Of a DNA stretch of 64,000 nt, positions 1 to 8,611 are shown in pieces (position 1 is the stretch's first letter; every line of letters starts with the position of its first letter). The translations under genes and the position numbers were made by a program. Source of the DNA: an uncultured Clostridia bacterium (GTDB lineage: Bacteria; Bacillota; Dehalobacteriia; UBA4068). The stretch spans positions 2,819-66,818 of the forward strand of contig CALYAP010000014.1 in the NCBI GenBank assembly GCA_944393575.1, read 5' to 3'. The notes beneath the pieces were generated by a model. The model searched no databases and was not told the DNA's origin. It saw nothing but the letters and a program-made list of their open reading frames with translations.

Positions 1-4
1 ATTT

Positions 5-544
5 TTGCAGGATGCAGCCTTTTTTCTAGGGCCGCTTATCATTGTATGCGCTTATTACAAATGCGCTCCTGCTTTGTTGGGAATCAGCAGAATATCCTGG
101 CGGCAGATTATTCTTGTTGGCATTCCGCTAGGAATTGCTTTCTATCTGCTTAATCTTGCTGCCTCATTTGTCGTTAATTTGCTCTTCCCGGGAAAGATAG
201 CTGAATCACAGGATGTAATCAATCTTTTTCATCTGACTAATGATCCTCTTGACCAGGCTATACTTGTTATTTTTATTTGCCTTATCGCCCCCTTGGCGGA
301 AGAGATGCTCTTTAGAGCCTTTCTTTATCCGCCGTTGAAACGCCTCTGCGGACGGACCTGGGGTATCATCTTGTCAGGAGCCATTTTTGCGCTGATCCAC
401 ATGAATATTTGGACTTTTTTGCCTCTATGTGTCGGGGGGATTTGCTTTGCCTGGCTCTATGACCGGTATCACAACCTATGGATGAATTTTTGCACCCATA
501 TGATTTGGAATAGTATAGTTTTACTATTATACTTTATTTTATGA
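5..544 (+). CDS. CPBP-family (CAAX/Abi) intramembrane metalloprotease, 5'-partial at window edge
   Basis: Polytopic hydrophobic protein with motifs EEMLFR (EExxxR), FALIHM (FxxxH) and HMIWN (HxxxN). Confidence 0.7.
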   Translation: MQDAAFFLGPLIIVCAYYKCAPALLGISRISWRQIILVGIPLGIAFYLLNLAASFVVNLLFPGKIAESQDVINLFHLTNDPLDQAILVIFICLIAPLAEEMLFRAFLYPPLKRLCGRTWGIILSGAIFALIHMNIWTFLPLCVGGICFAWLYDRYHNLWMNFCTHMIWNSIVLLLYFIL

Positions 545-557
545 TAAGGAGAAAGAT

Positions 558-1061
558 ATGATAGTCATTGAAATGGAAAATGGTAAAAAGATCGAAGTAG
601 AGTTAGCACCAGATGCTGCACCAAATACGGTCAAAAATTTTCTTTACCTGGCTAATCAGGGCTTTTATGATGGATTGATTTTCCATCGCGTTATTAATGG
701 CTTTATGATCCAAGGTGGTTGTCCAGAAGGCAGCGGCATGGGTGGCCCGGGATATTGTATCAAGGGTGAATTTGCCAATAATGGTGTCAGAAATCCCTTG
801 CGCCATAAAAGAGGCGTCATCTCTATGGCCCGCACATCTGCTCCTAATAGTGCTGGTAGTCAATTTTTCATCATGCATCAGGATGGCTTTTTCCTTGATG
901 GTGATTATGCTGCTTTTGGCGAAGTTGTCAATGGTATGGATGTGGTAGATGAGATCGCTACTACAGCTACAGACCGTAATGACAGGCCTCTTCAGGAGCA
1001 AAAGATCAAGCATATCACCATTATTGATGAAGGCGAGATCGGTGAGCCGGAGAAGATGTAA
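558..1061 (+). CDS. ppiB: peptidyl-prolyl cis-trans isomerase, cyclophilin type
   Basis: FHRVINGFMIQGG, SMARTSAPNSAGSQFFI cyclophilin signatures; RBS AAGGAGA 7 nt upstream. Confidence 0.9.
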   Translation: MIVIEMENGKKIEVELAPDAAPNTVKNFLYLANQGFYDGLIFHRVINGFMIQGGCPEGSGMGGPGYCIKGEFANNGVRNPLRHKRGVISMARTSAPNSAGSQFFIMHQDGFFLDGDYAAFGEVVNGMDVVDEIATTATDRNDRPLQEQKIKHITIIDEGEIGEPEKM

Positions 1062-1119
1062 CGAAGCAGGTAAGAAGTAGTTTTTAATTAGCTGATTAAA
1101 TTAATAAGGAGAAATAGCC

Positions 1120-2340
1120 ATGGTATTAAAAGGAAACGCCATTGTCGCTCAAAGCGGCGGTCCCTCGCCGGTAATCAACAATAGTATCTGCGGAGTGATC
1201 CAGACTTGGTTTAAGGAGGCTGATTTTGGCACTATTTATGCTGGCATCAGCGGCATCAAGGGTATTTTAGAAGGTAATATCATTGACCTAAAGGAACAAC
1301 GTGAAGAGGATATCGCCGGGCTGCGTTATACCCCTGGAGCCGGTATTTTTTCTTGCCGTTATAAGGTCAGTGATGATGATCAGATCAAATTGGTCAATAT
1401 CCTCAAAAAGCATAATATCCGCTATTTTTTCTATAATGGTGGCAACGATAGTATGGATACCGCACATAAAACCTTTTTAGCTGCTCAAGATGCCGGCTGG
1501 GATATGCGGGTGATTGGTGTTCCTAAGACGATCGATAATGATCTACCTTTCTGTGACCATTCTCCGGGGTATGGATCAGCAGCTAAATATATCGCCGCTA
1601 CCGTCCGGGAAACCGGGATCGATTTGGAGAGTGTTTCAACTAAAAATAAAGTTACTATTCTCGAGGCTATGGGGCGTGATGCTGGCTGGCTTACTGCGGC
1701 CGCTGCGTTAGCTAAACGTTTTGATAACGAAGCCCCGCATCTGATTTATTTGCCAGAGGTAGCCTTTTCCAAAGAACGCTTCTTAAGCGATGTTGAAGCG
1801 GTTTATAAGGATCTGGGTTATTGTTATGTTGTAGTGTCAGAAGGCATTACCAATGAAAAAGGCGAGTACTGCTTTACCTCTGGTTCAGTGGACGCTTTTG
1901 GCCATATGCAGTTATCAGGGGTAGGCATTTCCTTAAAAGAGATGGTTGAAAATGAAATTGGTATCAATGCCCGCTGTAATACTTTAGGCACCGCTCAGCG
2001 CTCAGCAATGCATTTTGCATCAAAAACTGATGCTGATGAGGCCTATATGGTTGGTGCAGAGGCGGTTCATTATGCCCTAGCTGATAAAAGCGGAGTCATG
2101 GTCACTTTAGAACGTACCAGTGATGCCCCGTATAAGTGCACTTGTGGCGAAGTAGCTCTTGATCTGGTAGCGAATAATGAGCAGAAGGTACCGCTATCTT
2201 GGATCACTAAGCAAGCCAACTATGTTACTGATGAATTTATCAATTATGCCCGCCCATTGATTTTAGGTGAAGTTGAAGTACCGATGAAGGATGGCTTGCC
2301 TGATTATGTCCGCTTGGATCTTACTAAAGGACGGATATAA
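1120..2340 (+). CDS. 6-phosphofructokinase (PPi/ATP-dependent PFK family, long form ~406 aa)
   Basis: N-terminal AQSGGPSPVINN, GGNDS and PKTIDND motifs typical of PFK. Confidence 0.8.
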   Translation: MVLKGNAIVAQSGGPSPVINNSICGVIQTWFKEADFGTIYAGISGIKGILEGNIIDLKEQREEDIAGLRYTPGAGIFSCRYKVSDDDQIKLVNILKKHNIRYFFYNGGNDSMDTAHKTFLAAQDAGWDMRVIGVPKTIDNDLPFCDHSPGYGSAAKYIAATVRETGIDLESVSTKNKVTILEAMGRDAGWLTAAAALAKRFDNEAPHLIYLPEVAFSKERFLSDVEAVYKDLGYCYVVVSEGITNEKGEYCFTSGSVDAFGHMQLSGVGISLKEMVENEIGINARCNTLGTAQRSAMHFASKTDADEAYMVGAEAVHYALADKSGVMVTLERTSDAPYKCTCGEVALDLVANNEQKVPLSWITKQANYVTDEFINYARPLILGEVEVPMKDGLPDYVRLDLTKGRI

Positions 2341-2362
2341 TATCTAAAATTATTTAAATTAG

Positions 2363-2396
2363 TAAAAGGCAGCTCTTTAACGAGCTGCCTTTTTTA
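2363..2396. terminator. bidirectional rho-independent terminator between pfk and convergent anti-sigma gene
   Basis: aggcagctc-tttaac-gagctgcct stem flanked by A-run and T-run. Confidence 0.7.
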
Positions 2397-2444
2397 GATC
2401 TGCTAAGGGACAAATTATTAAAATTACAATATTGAATATTTAAT

Positions 2445-4550
2445 TTAAAAATGCAAGGTTGCTAAATGGCTCAGATTGTTGATATCGACAATGGTGATAC
2501 TATTGAAAAGGCAGATATAGATGCTATCATCGACAAAGAGTCCCCGTGCTTCATTATACCAGTTTTCTTCATCAGCACTAAAAGAACCTCTTTGATAAAA
2601 TCCTTGGGTATCGTCATAACCATAGACTTCATATTGATTATTATCAGTGGGGAAGGCAATCAGGTCATGCGCTGCTGAAACCAAGATCGCCTTATGGTTA
2701 TAGAGGGTCTGAGAGTATTGGCTGTCTAAGATTAAAGTATGCTTTTCGGTTACATTAACCGGATCGCTGGTATCGAACATTGTCAATTTTAAATTACCGG
2801 TGACACCTGTTTGTTCATCTGCATCTTGCCCCAGACCCAATAAACGGCCATCGCTGTAGGGATGAAGATATTCAGAAAAACCAGGGATTTTTAACTCGGA
2901 GAGCATTTGCGGTGCATATGGATCAGAAAGATCTACGGTAAATAAGGGGTCTACCTGCCGGAAGGTAACAAAGTAGCCGACATTGCCTGTAAAACGGACG
3001 GAATAAACCTGCTCGCCAGGGGCAAGATCTTCGATGCTGCTGGCTAACTTTAATTCTTCGTCTAGTATCCACAAGGCGCTAGTGGTAGAATTTGCTTCAT
3101 CATCCCACTGGTAATTTTGCCAACCTCTGGCTTCATCAGTATAGATTTTATAGTTGTTGTTATTAACAGTGGTCACTGCCCGCAGATATCCATTGTATTC
3201 ATCAAGCGCAAACTGACTGTCCAGCCAACCTTCGATTTGGCCGGCAGCTACCAAACTAATACTTCCGTCACTAAGGGAGAAGCGCATAATATCAGTAACG
3301 CTTTGCTCCTCATAAGCTACCACAGTATATTGATCTTCAGTATAGGGGGAGCTTTCTGCAGTTTCATAATAGCTGCGGGCAATATAGAGATTATCATGAT
3401 TCATGTAAATAGTATCTCCGCCGCCTAAAACGCTGATCTTATCTTCGATGGTCTGACTTGTTAGGTTAATAGCGCTAATAATGGTATAAGTAGAGCTTTC
3501 TGCTTCTGGTAGCAGGCAGATAGCATCAGCATTGATAATAGTCCGTTCTTCATTTTGATAAATGCCAGGAACAAAGGTTGCTGGTTGTTCACTATCGATG
3601 CCGCTATAGACTGAATATTGACTGATAAGGTATAAAGTGTTATCGATTAACCGGGAACTGGTATAATAACCATCCTGTCCGACACTATTCAATAGTTGGG
3701 GAGAAGTAGGATCGCTGATATCATAAATTAGAATAGACGTCACTTCTGTGCTGCCTGGCCAATAGTCTGCCACTGCATCTGTCTTGACGGCAGCTCCATT
3801 GGCATCGGAATTGCTTGTTGCACTAGGATAACTGCAAATCATTAATTGAGCCTTAGAAGTGATTACTGCTAAATAGTTATCATAAACATAGATCTCCGAG
3901 GCAAATTGATAGCTTTCATCTGCTGCTAATTCATCAAAGTCGGGTAGTATCTTAGTTTGGGAAAGAATAGCGCTGTCAGCACCGTTGGCACTACTGATAA
4001 TCAATTCATTATCACGAAGCAGATAGATGTTTTGCCTATCAGTTTTGACAATATCTCCTTCATCAATGCCTGCTACCTGAGTATTAGTTTGCGAATAGTT
4101 TTCGGTTTCGGCTGAGTCAAACGCAGCGCTGGATTGCGGTGTGTTTACGTTATCGCTATTGGAAATATTTGCTGTAGGGGAGGATGAAGTATCTTCGCTG
4201 ATCACCTCTTCGGTAAAGCTGGAGTCGCCAAGCGAAGTTTGAATCAACGCTTGATAGATCTCATCATAATTGCTGGCCGCATAGACTAAATCACTGGAAA
4301 ACGGTTGCTGGAGATCAGTATTCTCCCCGTAGCTATCGGGTAGAAGGGCTGCTGCACCGAGAAAGAATAATAGGCAAGCAGCGATAAGCACAGCTATTTT
4401 TCCGCTACCTTTTTTCTTGGGCATTTTCTGGTGTGACTGTTGCTGTTGCTTTTGCTGTACTTTTTGCCAGGTGCTTTCAATTTCATTTTTGTTTGCTGGC
4501 GGTGCATCTTTGGTGAGTTTATTAAGATATTGATCGAAATCTTTATTCAT
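2445..4550 (-). CDS. membrane anti-sigma factor with large extracytoplasmic beta-propeller domain
   Basis: Short cytoplasmic N-terminus, one TM (IAVLIAACLLFFLGAAALL), ~600-aa secreted repeat domain. Its ATG overlaps the stop of the upstream ECF sigma (ATGAATAA). The track start at 4628 is probably too long. Confidence 0.7.
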   Translation of the reverse strand: MNKDFDQYLNKLTKDAPPANKNEIESTWQKVQQKQQQQSHQKMPKKKGSGKIAVLIAACLLFFLGAAALLPDSYGENTDLQQPFSSDLVYAASNYDEIYQALIQTSLGDSSFTEEVISEDTSSSPTANISNSDNVNTPQSSAAFDSAETENYSQTNTQVAGIDEGDIVKTDRQNIYLLRDNELIISSANGADSAILSQTKILPDFDELAADESYQFASEIYVYDNYLAVITSKAQLMICSYPSATSNSDANGAAVKTDAVADYWPGSTEVTSILIYDISDPTSPQLLNSVGQDGYYTSSRLIDNTLYLISQYSVYSGIDSEQPATFVPGIYQNEERTIINADAICLLPEAESSTYTIISAINLTSQTIEDKISVLGGGDTIYMNHDNLYIARSYYETAESSPYTEDQYTVVAYEEQSVTDIMRFSLSDGSISLVAAGQIEGWLDSQFALDEYNGYLRAVTTVNNNNYKIYTDEARGWQNYQWDDEANSTTSALWILDEELKLASSIEDLAPGEQVYSVRFTGNVGYFVTFRQVDPLFTVDLSDPYAPQMLSELKIPGFSEYLHPYSDGRLLGLGQDADEQTGVTGNLKLTMFDTSDPVNVTEKHTLILDSQYSQTLYNHKAILVSAAHDLIAFPTDNNQYEVYGYDDTQGFYQRGSFSADEENWYNEARGLFVDDSIYICLFNSITIVDINNLSHLATLHF

Positions 4551-5091
4551 TAATAATGCCCCTTTCCTGGAGGTCTTTTCGTAGTTTGAGCTTGCTTTGG
4601 TAAAGCCGGTTGCTGATTTGTTTTTCATTCATCTGTAAGTGTGCTGCAATGTCCCGTACTGATTCTAAAAGATAATGCCTTCTAACGAATATTTCCCGGT
4701 CTGGCTCTGGTAGAAGATTGACTGCTTGTTGTAATATGTCGCTATCTTCTTGTGCCAACAAATATTCGACTATATCATGTTGGTCATAAAGCAATTCATC
4801 GTTCAAGGGAACCATATTGCTCCGTGACAGTTGTTGGAGACGGTTGATTGCCTGATGACGGGCGGTAACGATCAGTAAGCCTTTGAGCGAGCCCCGCTTA
4901 GGATTCAGCTTGGAGGCATTTTTCCAGATCTTGATAAAGGTATCGGCAATAGCCTCCTCAATATCCTCCGGATGGCCTGCTAGAACATTGGCACAAATTT
5001 TACCAACAAGCCCACGATAGGCACTGATCAGTTGATGCAGTCCTTCCTGTGGCGTTCTTTTTAATAATTTGATAATGGCGATATCGTCCAT
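4543..5091 (-). CDS. ECF (sigma-70 family) RNA polymerase sigma factor
   Basis: Region 2/4 ECF architecture; translationally coupled to the downstream anti-sigma gene; likely start at the ATGATG after an AAGGAGGA RBS. Confidence 0.85.
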   Translation of the reverse strand: MDDIAIIKLLKRTPQEGLHQLISAYRGLVGKICANVLAGHPEDIEEAIADTFIKIWKNASKLNPKRGSLKGLLIVTARHQAINRLQQLSRSNMVPLNDELLYDQHDIVEYLLAQEDSDILQQAVNLLPEPDREIFVRRHYLLESVRDIAAHLQMNEKQISNRLYQSKLKLRKDLQERGIINE

Positions 5092-5243
5092 CATATCCTC
5101 CTTGGCCAAGGAAAATATCTTTCACTTATATATACAGGTATAAGCACGTTTTTTCTTAAACGTATTTGCCAAAATGACTTGAAATTCATCCTTCAGCATA
5201 ACAACCCTTAAACTACTAATCAAATGAACAGTAGGCAAACAAA

Positions 5244-5269
5244 AACTCCCCTGTTATAACAGGGGAGTT
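5244..5269. terminator. bidirectional terminator hairpin (aactcccctg...caggggagtt)
   Basis: Perfect 10-12 bp palindrome with T-runs on both strands; ends the minus-strand small-gene pair. Confidence 0.65.
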
Positions 5270-5326
5270 TGTTGGTTATAGCACATCTTGATGTTTGTTG
5301 AAAACTTCAACTATATCACGGCGGCA

Positions 5327-5497
5327 TCAGGTGCCTTTGGGATTTTTGTTTTTGCAGTCGCAATGGGTCATCGCCCCAGTAGCTGCAATCACTTTATCTA
5401 CAGTATCAGCTCCTGCACGCATAGCGGCAACAATATCGTCTTCAGTAACCTCATCGCAATAGCATATATATTTGGGCGATGTAGTCTCAGATACCAT
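5327..5497 (-). CDS. BFD-like [2Fe-2S]-binding mini-protein (56 aa), missed by the 60-aa ORF cutoff
   Basis: My translation is MVSETTSPKYICYCDEVTEDDIVAAMRAGADTVDKVIAATGAMTHCDCKNKNPKGT, with CxC...CxC like the Bfd-like ORF at 18039; GGAG 3 nt upstream of the ATG. Confidence 0.6.
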   Translation of the reverse strand: MVSETTSPKYICYCDEVTEDDIVAAMRAGADTVDKVIAATGAMTHCDCKNKNPKGT

Positions 5498-5526
5498 TTG
5501 CTCCACGACCTTTCATTATGATATTT

Positions 5527-5754
5527 TTATAACAATACCGAGGACGTGTATTCGACTTTGATGTCATTATCTTTGGTACGTGCTAATTTGGCCTTATTGC
5601 CTCTACCATCTTCTAATGTCATTTTTTCTAGCTTATAGGTATTAAAAAAGTTGACTACCTCAGACTCGATAAAAGCAGACCAGTTTTTTACTTGAACCTT
5701 CTCTGGTTCCAAGGCTTCCTCAAGAGTTTGAGGATTAGTAGCATATTGACTCAT
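5527..5754 (-). CDS. hypothetical 75-aa protein, probably co-transcribed with the Bfd-like mini-protein
   Basis: Strong RBS GGAGGGA 5 nt upstream of the ATG; no recognisable domain. Confidence 0.5.
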   Translation of the reverse strand: MSQYATNPQTLEEALEPEKVQVKNWSAFIESEVVNFFNTYKLEKMTLEDGRGNKAKLARTKDNDIKVEYTSSVLL

Positions 5755-5962
5755 TTGGCTCCCTCCATCAAATATGGTTAATAAAATAACTGTTTGCCCT
5801 AGGGCATAAACCAGTATAGCATAAACCAGAAATGGAAGTAAAGCTGAAAAAAGTATCTGCTAATTTATGACAATGCTCTATGGGATTCAGCTAATTGTTG
5901 TTGTTAAATCCCCTTTGTTCTGGGCATAATAAGCTGAGGTATAATTGAAGGAGGAATCATAG

Positions 5963-6121
5963 ATGAGGAGATACCAAAGCTTATTTAATAACTATATGGC
6001 TGTAGTTAATATGATCCTTAGTGAGGGAAGAAAAGGATGCGGTAGGCAATGCCCTTATTGTGGTAGCTTAAGTGAAAATGATTTTGAATTTTGCCATCGC
6101 TGTGGAAAAAGAATTTCCTAA
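5963..6121 (+). CDS. 52-aa zinc-ribbon mini-protein (CPYCGS...CHRCG), missed by the ORF cutoff
   Basis: Excellent RBS GAAGGAGGA with 7-nt spacer; CxxC-N13-CxxC; lies just upstream of the dinB promoter. Confidence 0.5.
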   Translation: MRRYQSLFNNYMAVVNMILSEGRKGCGRQCPYCGSLSENDFEFCHRCGKRIS

Positions 6122-6140
6122 ATTTAGTAATTATTAGCCC

Positions 6141-6169
6141 TTGACTAGAACGTATGTTCGAGTTATGAT
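6141..6169 (+). promoter_or_regulatory. sigma-A promoter (TTGACT-17-TATGAT) with an embedded LexA/Cheo box AGAACGTATGTTCG
   Basis: -35 at 6141-6146, GAAC-N4-GTTC at 6148-6159, -10 at 6164-6169. The track ORF 6141 starts inside the -35, so that start is an artefact. Confidence 0.75.
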
Positions 6170-6221
6170 GATTATAGGTATTGGCAATTATCGTTTTTAT
6201 TGGTGGAGGGCTGATCTACGG

Positions 6222-7508
6222 TTGGAAAATATTATTTGCCATATTGATGTTAATAGCGCTTTTCTTTCTTGGACCGCAGTAGATCGGCTGCATAGATTAC
6301 CTGATTCTATCGATATCAGAGAGACTCCTGCGGTGATCGGTGGAGACCAGCAAACGCGGCGTGGTATTGTTCTGGCTAGCAGTATTGTGGCCAAATCCTA
6401 TGGAGTTAAAACTGGCGAACCACTTTTTCAAGCATTACATAAATGCCCGCATTTAGCTATTTATGCCCCTGACTATGAGCTCTATGTGCATTGTTCTGCC
6501 CGATTAATGGATTTACTGCAGAAGGTAGCGCCAGTTGTCGAGCAGTATTCCATTGATGAGGCTTGGATCGATTTGACTGGTACTGATAAATTATATGGGG
6601 ATCCGGTACGTGTCGCTACACTGCTGAAAGACCGTATCCGCGATGAATTGGGCTTTACTGTCAATATTGGTATCTCGACTAATAAACTGTTAGCTAAGAT
6701 GGCCAGCGATTTTCTGAAACCAGACCGTGTTCATACTTTATTCCCGGATGAATTAGCTGCAAAATTATGGCCCTTGCCAGTAGGCAAGCTGTTTTTTGTC
6801 GGTCCGGCTACAGAGAAAAAATTGCTTGCTATGGGTATTTTAACCATCGGTGACTTGGCGAAAGCTGATGTTCGTCATTTACGCTCACGCCTGCATAAGC
6901 ATGGCGAGATCATTTGGCATTATGCTAATGGCCGCTGTTTTGATGTGGTAGCTAGTCAAGCTTCCTTGAATAAAGGGTATGGTAATTCTACCACCACTGC
7001 TTTGGATATTATCGATATTACCGCTGCCCATAAGGTATTGCTATCACTGAGCGAGACTGTGGGGGCCAGAATGCGACGGGACAACCAGTATGGTTCTTGT
7101 TTGACGCTTCACTTGCGTAGTAGCCAATTTCACGACTTTTCTCATCAATTGCAATTAGCCTATCCAACTAATTTGACCTTAGAGATATATCAGGCCGCCT
7201 GCTTGGCCTTGAATCAATTATGGGATAAGCATACGCCTTTGAGACAGCTGGGTATTTATATGAGTAAGGTCGATCATTATGGTATAAGACAAGGTAGCTT
7301 ATTTACTGATGATAATTATACTAAATTATCGCAAGTCGATAAAACCGTAGATAAAATAAGGGAAAAGTTTGGCAGCGATGCTATTTTCCGGGCCTGTTTG
7401 GCAGAAAAGAACATTAGGCCAATGAGTGGCGGCCCTCTCTCTGATCCCTTCCGGCAGCGGTCGCGATCTTCTGATAATCGTTCTTTGACTAATGATATTA
7501 AGAAATAA
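6222..7508 (+). CDS. dinB: DNA polymerase IV (Y-family translesion polymerase)
   Basis: MENIICHIDVNSAF aligns with MxKIIHVDMDxFF; fingers/palm/little-finger order. I chose the TTG at 6222 as the start. Confidence 0.9.
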   Translation: MENIICHIDVNSAFLSWTAVDRLHRLPDSIDIRETPAVIGGDQQTRRGIVLASSIVAKSYGVKTGEPLFQALHKCPHLAIYAPDYELYVHCSARLMDLLQKVAPVVEQYSIDEAWIDLTGTDKLYGDPVRVATLLKDRIRDELGFTVNIGISTNKLLAKMASDFLKPDRVHTLFPDELAAKLWPLPVGKLFFVGPATEKKLLAMGILTIGDLAKADVRHLRSRLHKHGEIIWHYANGRCFDVVASQASLNKGYGNSTTTALDIIDITAAHKVLLSLSETVGARMRRDNQYGSCLTLHLRSSQFHDFSHQLQLAYPTNLTLEIYQAACLALNQLWDKHTPLRQLGIYMSKVDHYGIRQGSLFTDDNYTKLSQVDKTVDKIREKFGSDAIFRACLAEKNIRPMSGGPLSDPFRQRSRSSDNRSLTNDIKK

Positions 7509-7820
7509 TTGAGCAAAGACGAAAAAAGACAGCTGTTAAGGCACCATCCGTAAGAAAGGTGCACTAAGACTTTTGTATATCAAATTAAAATTGTTGTGTT
7601 TTACCGGTGTAGCCTTTGGTTATGCCGTTTTTTCTTTGCTGCGTTCCAGTTCCGCTAAATGCTCTTGGAGTGATTCTTCCATTTCGAGTTTTCTTTCCTA
7701 TTCAGTTGTTGCTCTCTAAAAAGAGTATTTTATGTCCTACCAGATCAGAGATTATTTGTCAAGTTGCGTATAGACAGGCAAAAGTAAGGGCATACTAAAT
7801 AATTTTCCCTTCCGTAAATC

Positions 7821-7844
7821 GTGATATATTGCTATATAGATCAC
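7821..7844. promoter_or_regulatory. inverted repeat GTGAT-N14-ATCAC with internal palindrome CTATATAG; candidate operator upstream of the flavodoxin-fold operon
   Basis: Seen in sequence; ~270 bp upstream of 8115. Confidence 0.3.
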
Positions 7845-8114
7845 AATTTGTTTTATTCTCATAATATCCTCTCAACAATCCCTATTCCCTGTCGCATAAA
7901 GCGTCATACATACTTTTTACACATATTTAACCGAAAGCGGGTAGTTGCTTTATGCTGCACATTATATAATCAAAATGGAATATTGTCTTTGTGATAAGTT
8001 AAAATGCGAGACGCTTTTGGGGCCTTTTCATCACAAACGTTTCGACAAACCAGACCGCTATGTTTTCGGTAAGAATGGCGTTAAAAAGTTATTTTAAAAG
8101 GAGAAGCTGGTATA

Positions 8115-8611
8115 TGAAGGTGATAATCCACGATCTTAGAGAAGGGGAGGCTCTTTTTCTGGGAAAATCGGATAAGGATTCGGTTGTCATTCATGCGAAC
8201 AATCAGTATGCTCCCTGCTGTGGCTGTTTTAAGTGTTGGCTGAAGAACGCCGGTTTTTGCATAATGAAGGATTCTTTGCAGCACATTGGAGCGCTCATTG
8301 GCCAGAGTGATCCGCTGATCATCGTCAGCCAGTGCTGTTATGGTGGGTATAGCAGCCCTGTCAAGGCTATCTTGGATCGTGCGATTGGGGAGTCTCTCCC
8401 GTTTTTTACCTGGCGGGGCGGGCAAACTCACCACATTAGCCGTTATCCCCATCGGAAGTTGCTGCGTGTTTATTTTTATGGGGAATGCACGAAATTTGAA
8501 GAGGAGATAGCCAAAGAGGTTGTCGAGCGCAACCGTCTGAATCTGGATTATGAGGAAGCGGATGTGGTTTTCTTCAAAAATATCGAACAGATAAAGGAGG
8601 CCAGCTTATGA
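8115..8611 (+). CDS. Isf-like flavodoxin-fold protein with compact Cys motif (CCGCFKCx7C) but lacking the N-terminal FMN phosphate-binding loop
   Basis: APCCGCFKCWLKNAGFC followed by DPLIIVSQCCYGGYSSPVKAILDRAIG resembles the Isf / NADPH-dependent FMN reductase fold. RBS AAAGGAGAAG 7 nt upstream; ATGA overlap with the next gene. Confidence 0.55.

Noticed and set aside
603-1013. 136-aa minus-strand ORF, and a 77-aa plus-strand ORF at 715-948, inside ppiB
   Set aside because: They fully overlap a well-supported cyclophilin gene in other frames or antisense; no RBS; spurious.
7616-7798. 60-aa hydrophobic plus-strand ORF and a 20-aa minus-strand peptide (MEESLQEHLAELERSKEKTA) in the dinB-to-island intergenic region
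   Set aside because: No SD for the plus-strand ORF. The 20-aa peptide has a weak RBS and no homology I can see. More likely non-coding or decayed sequence.
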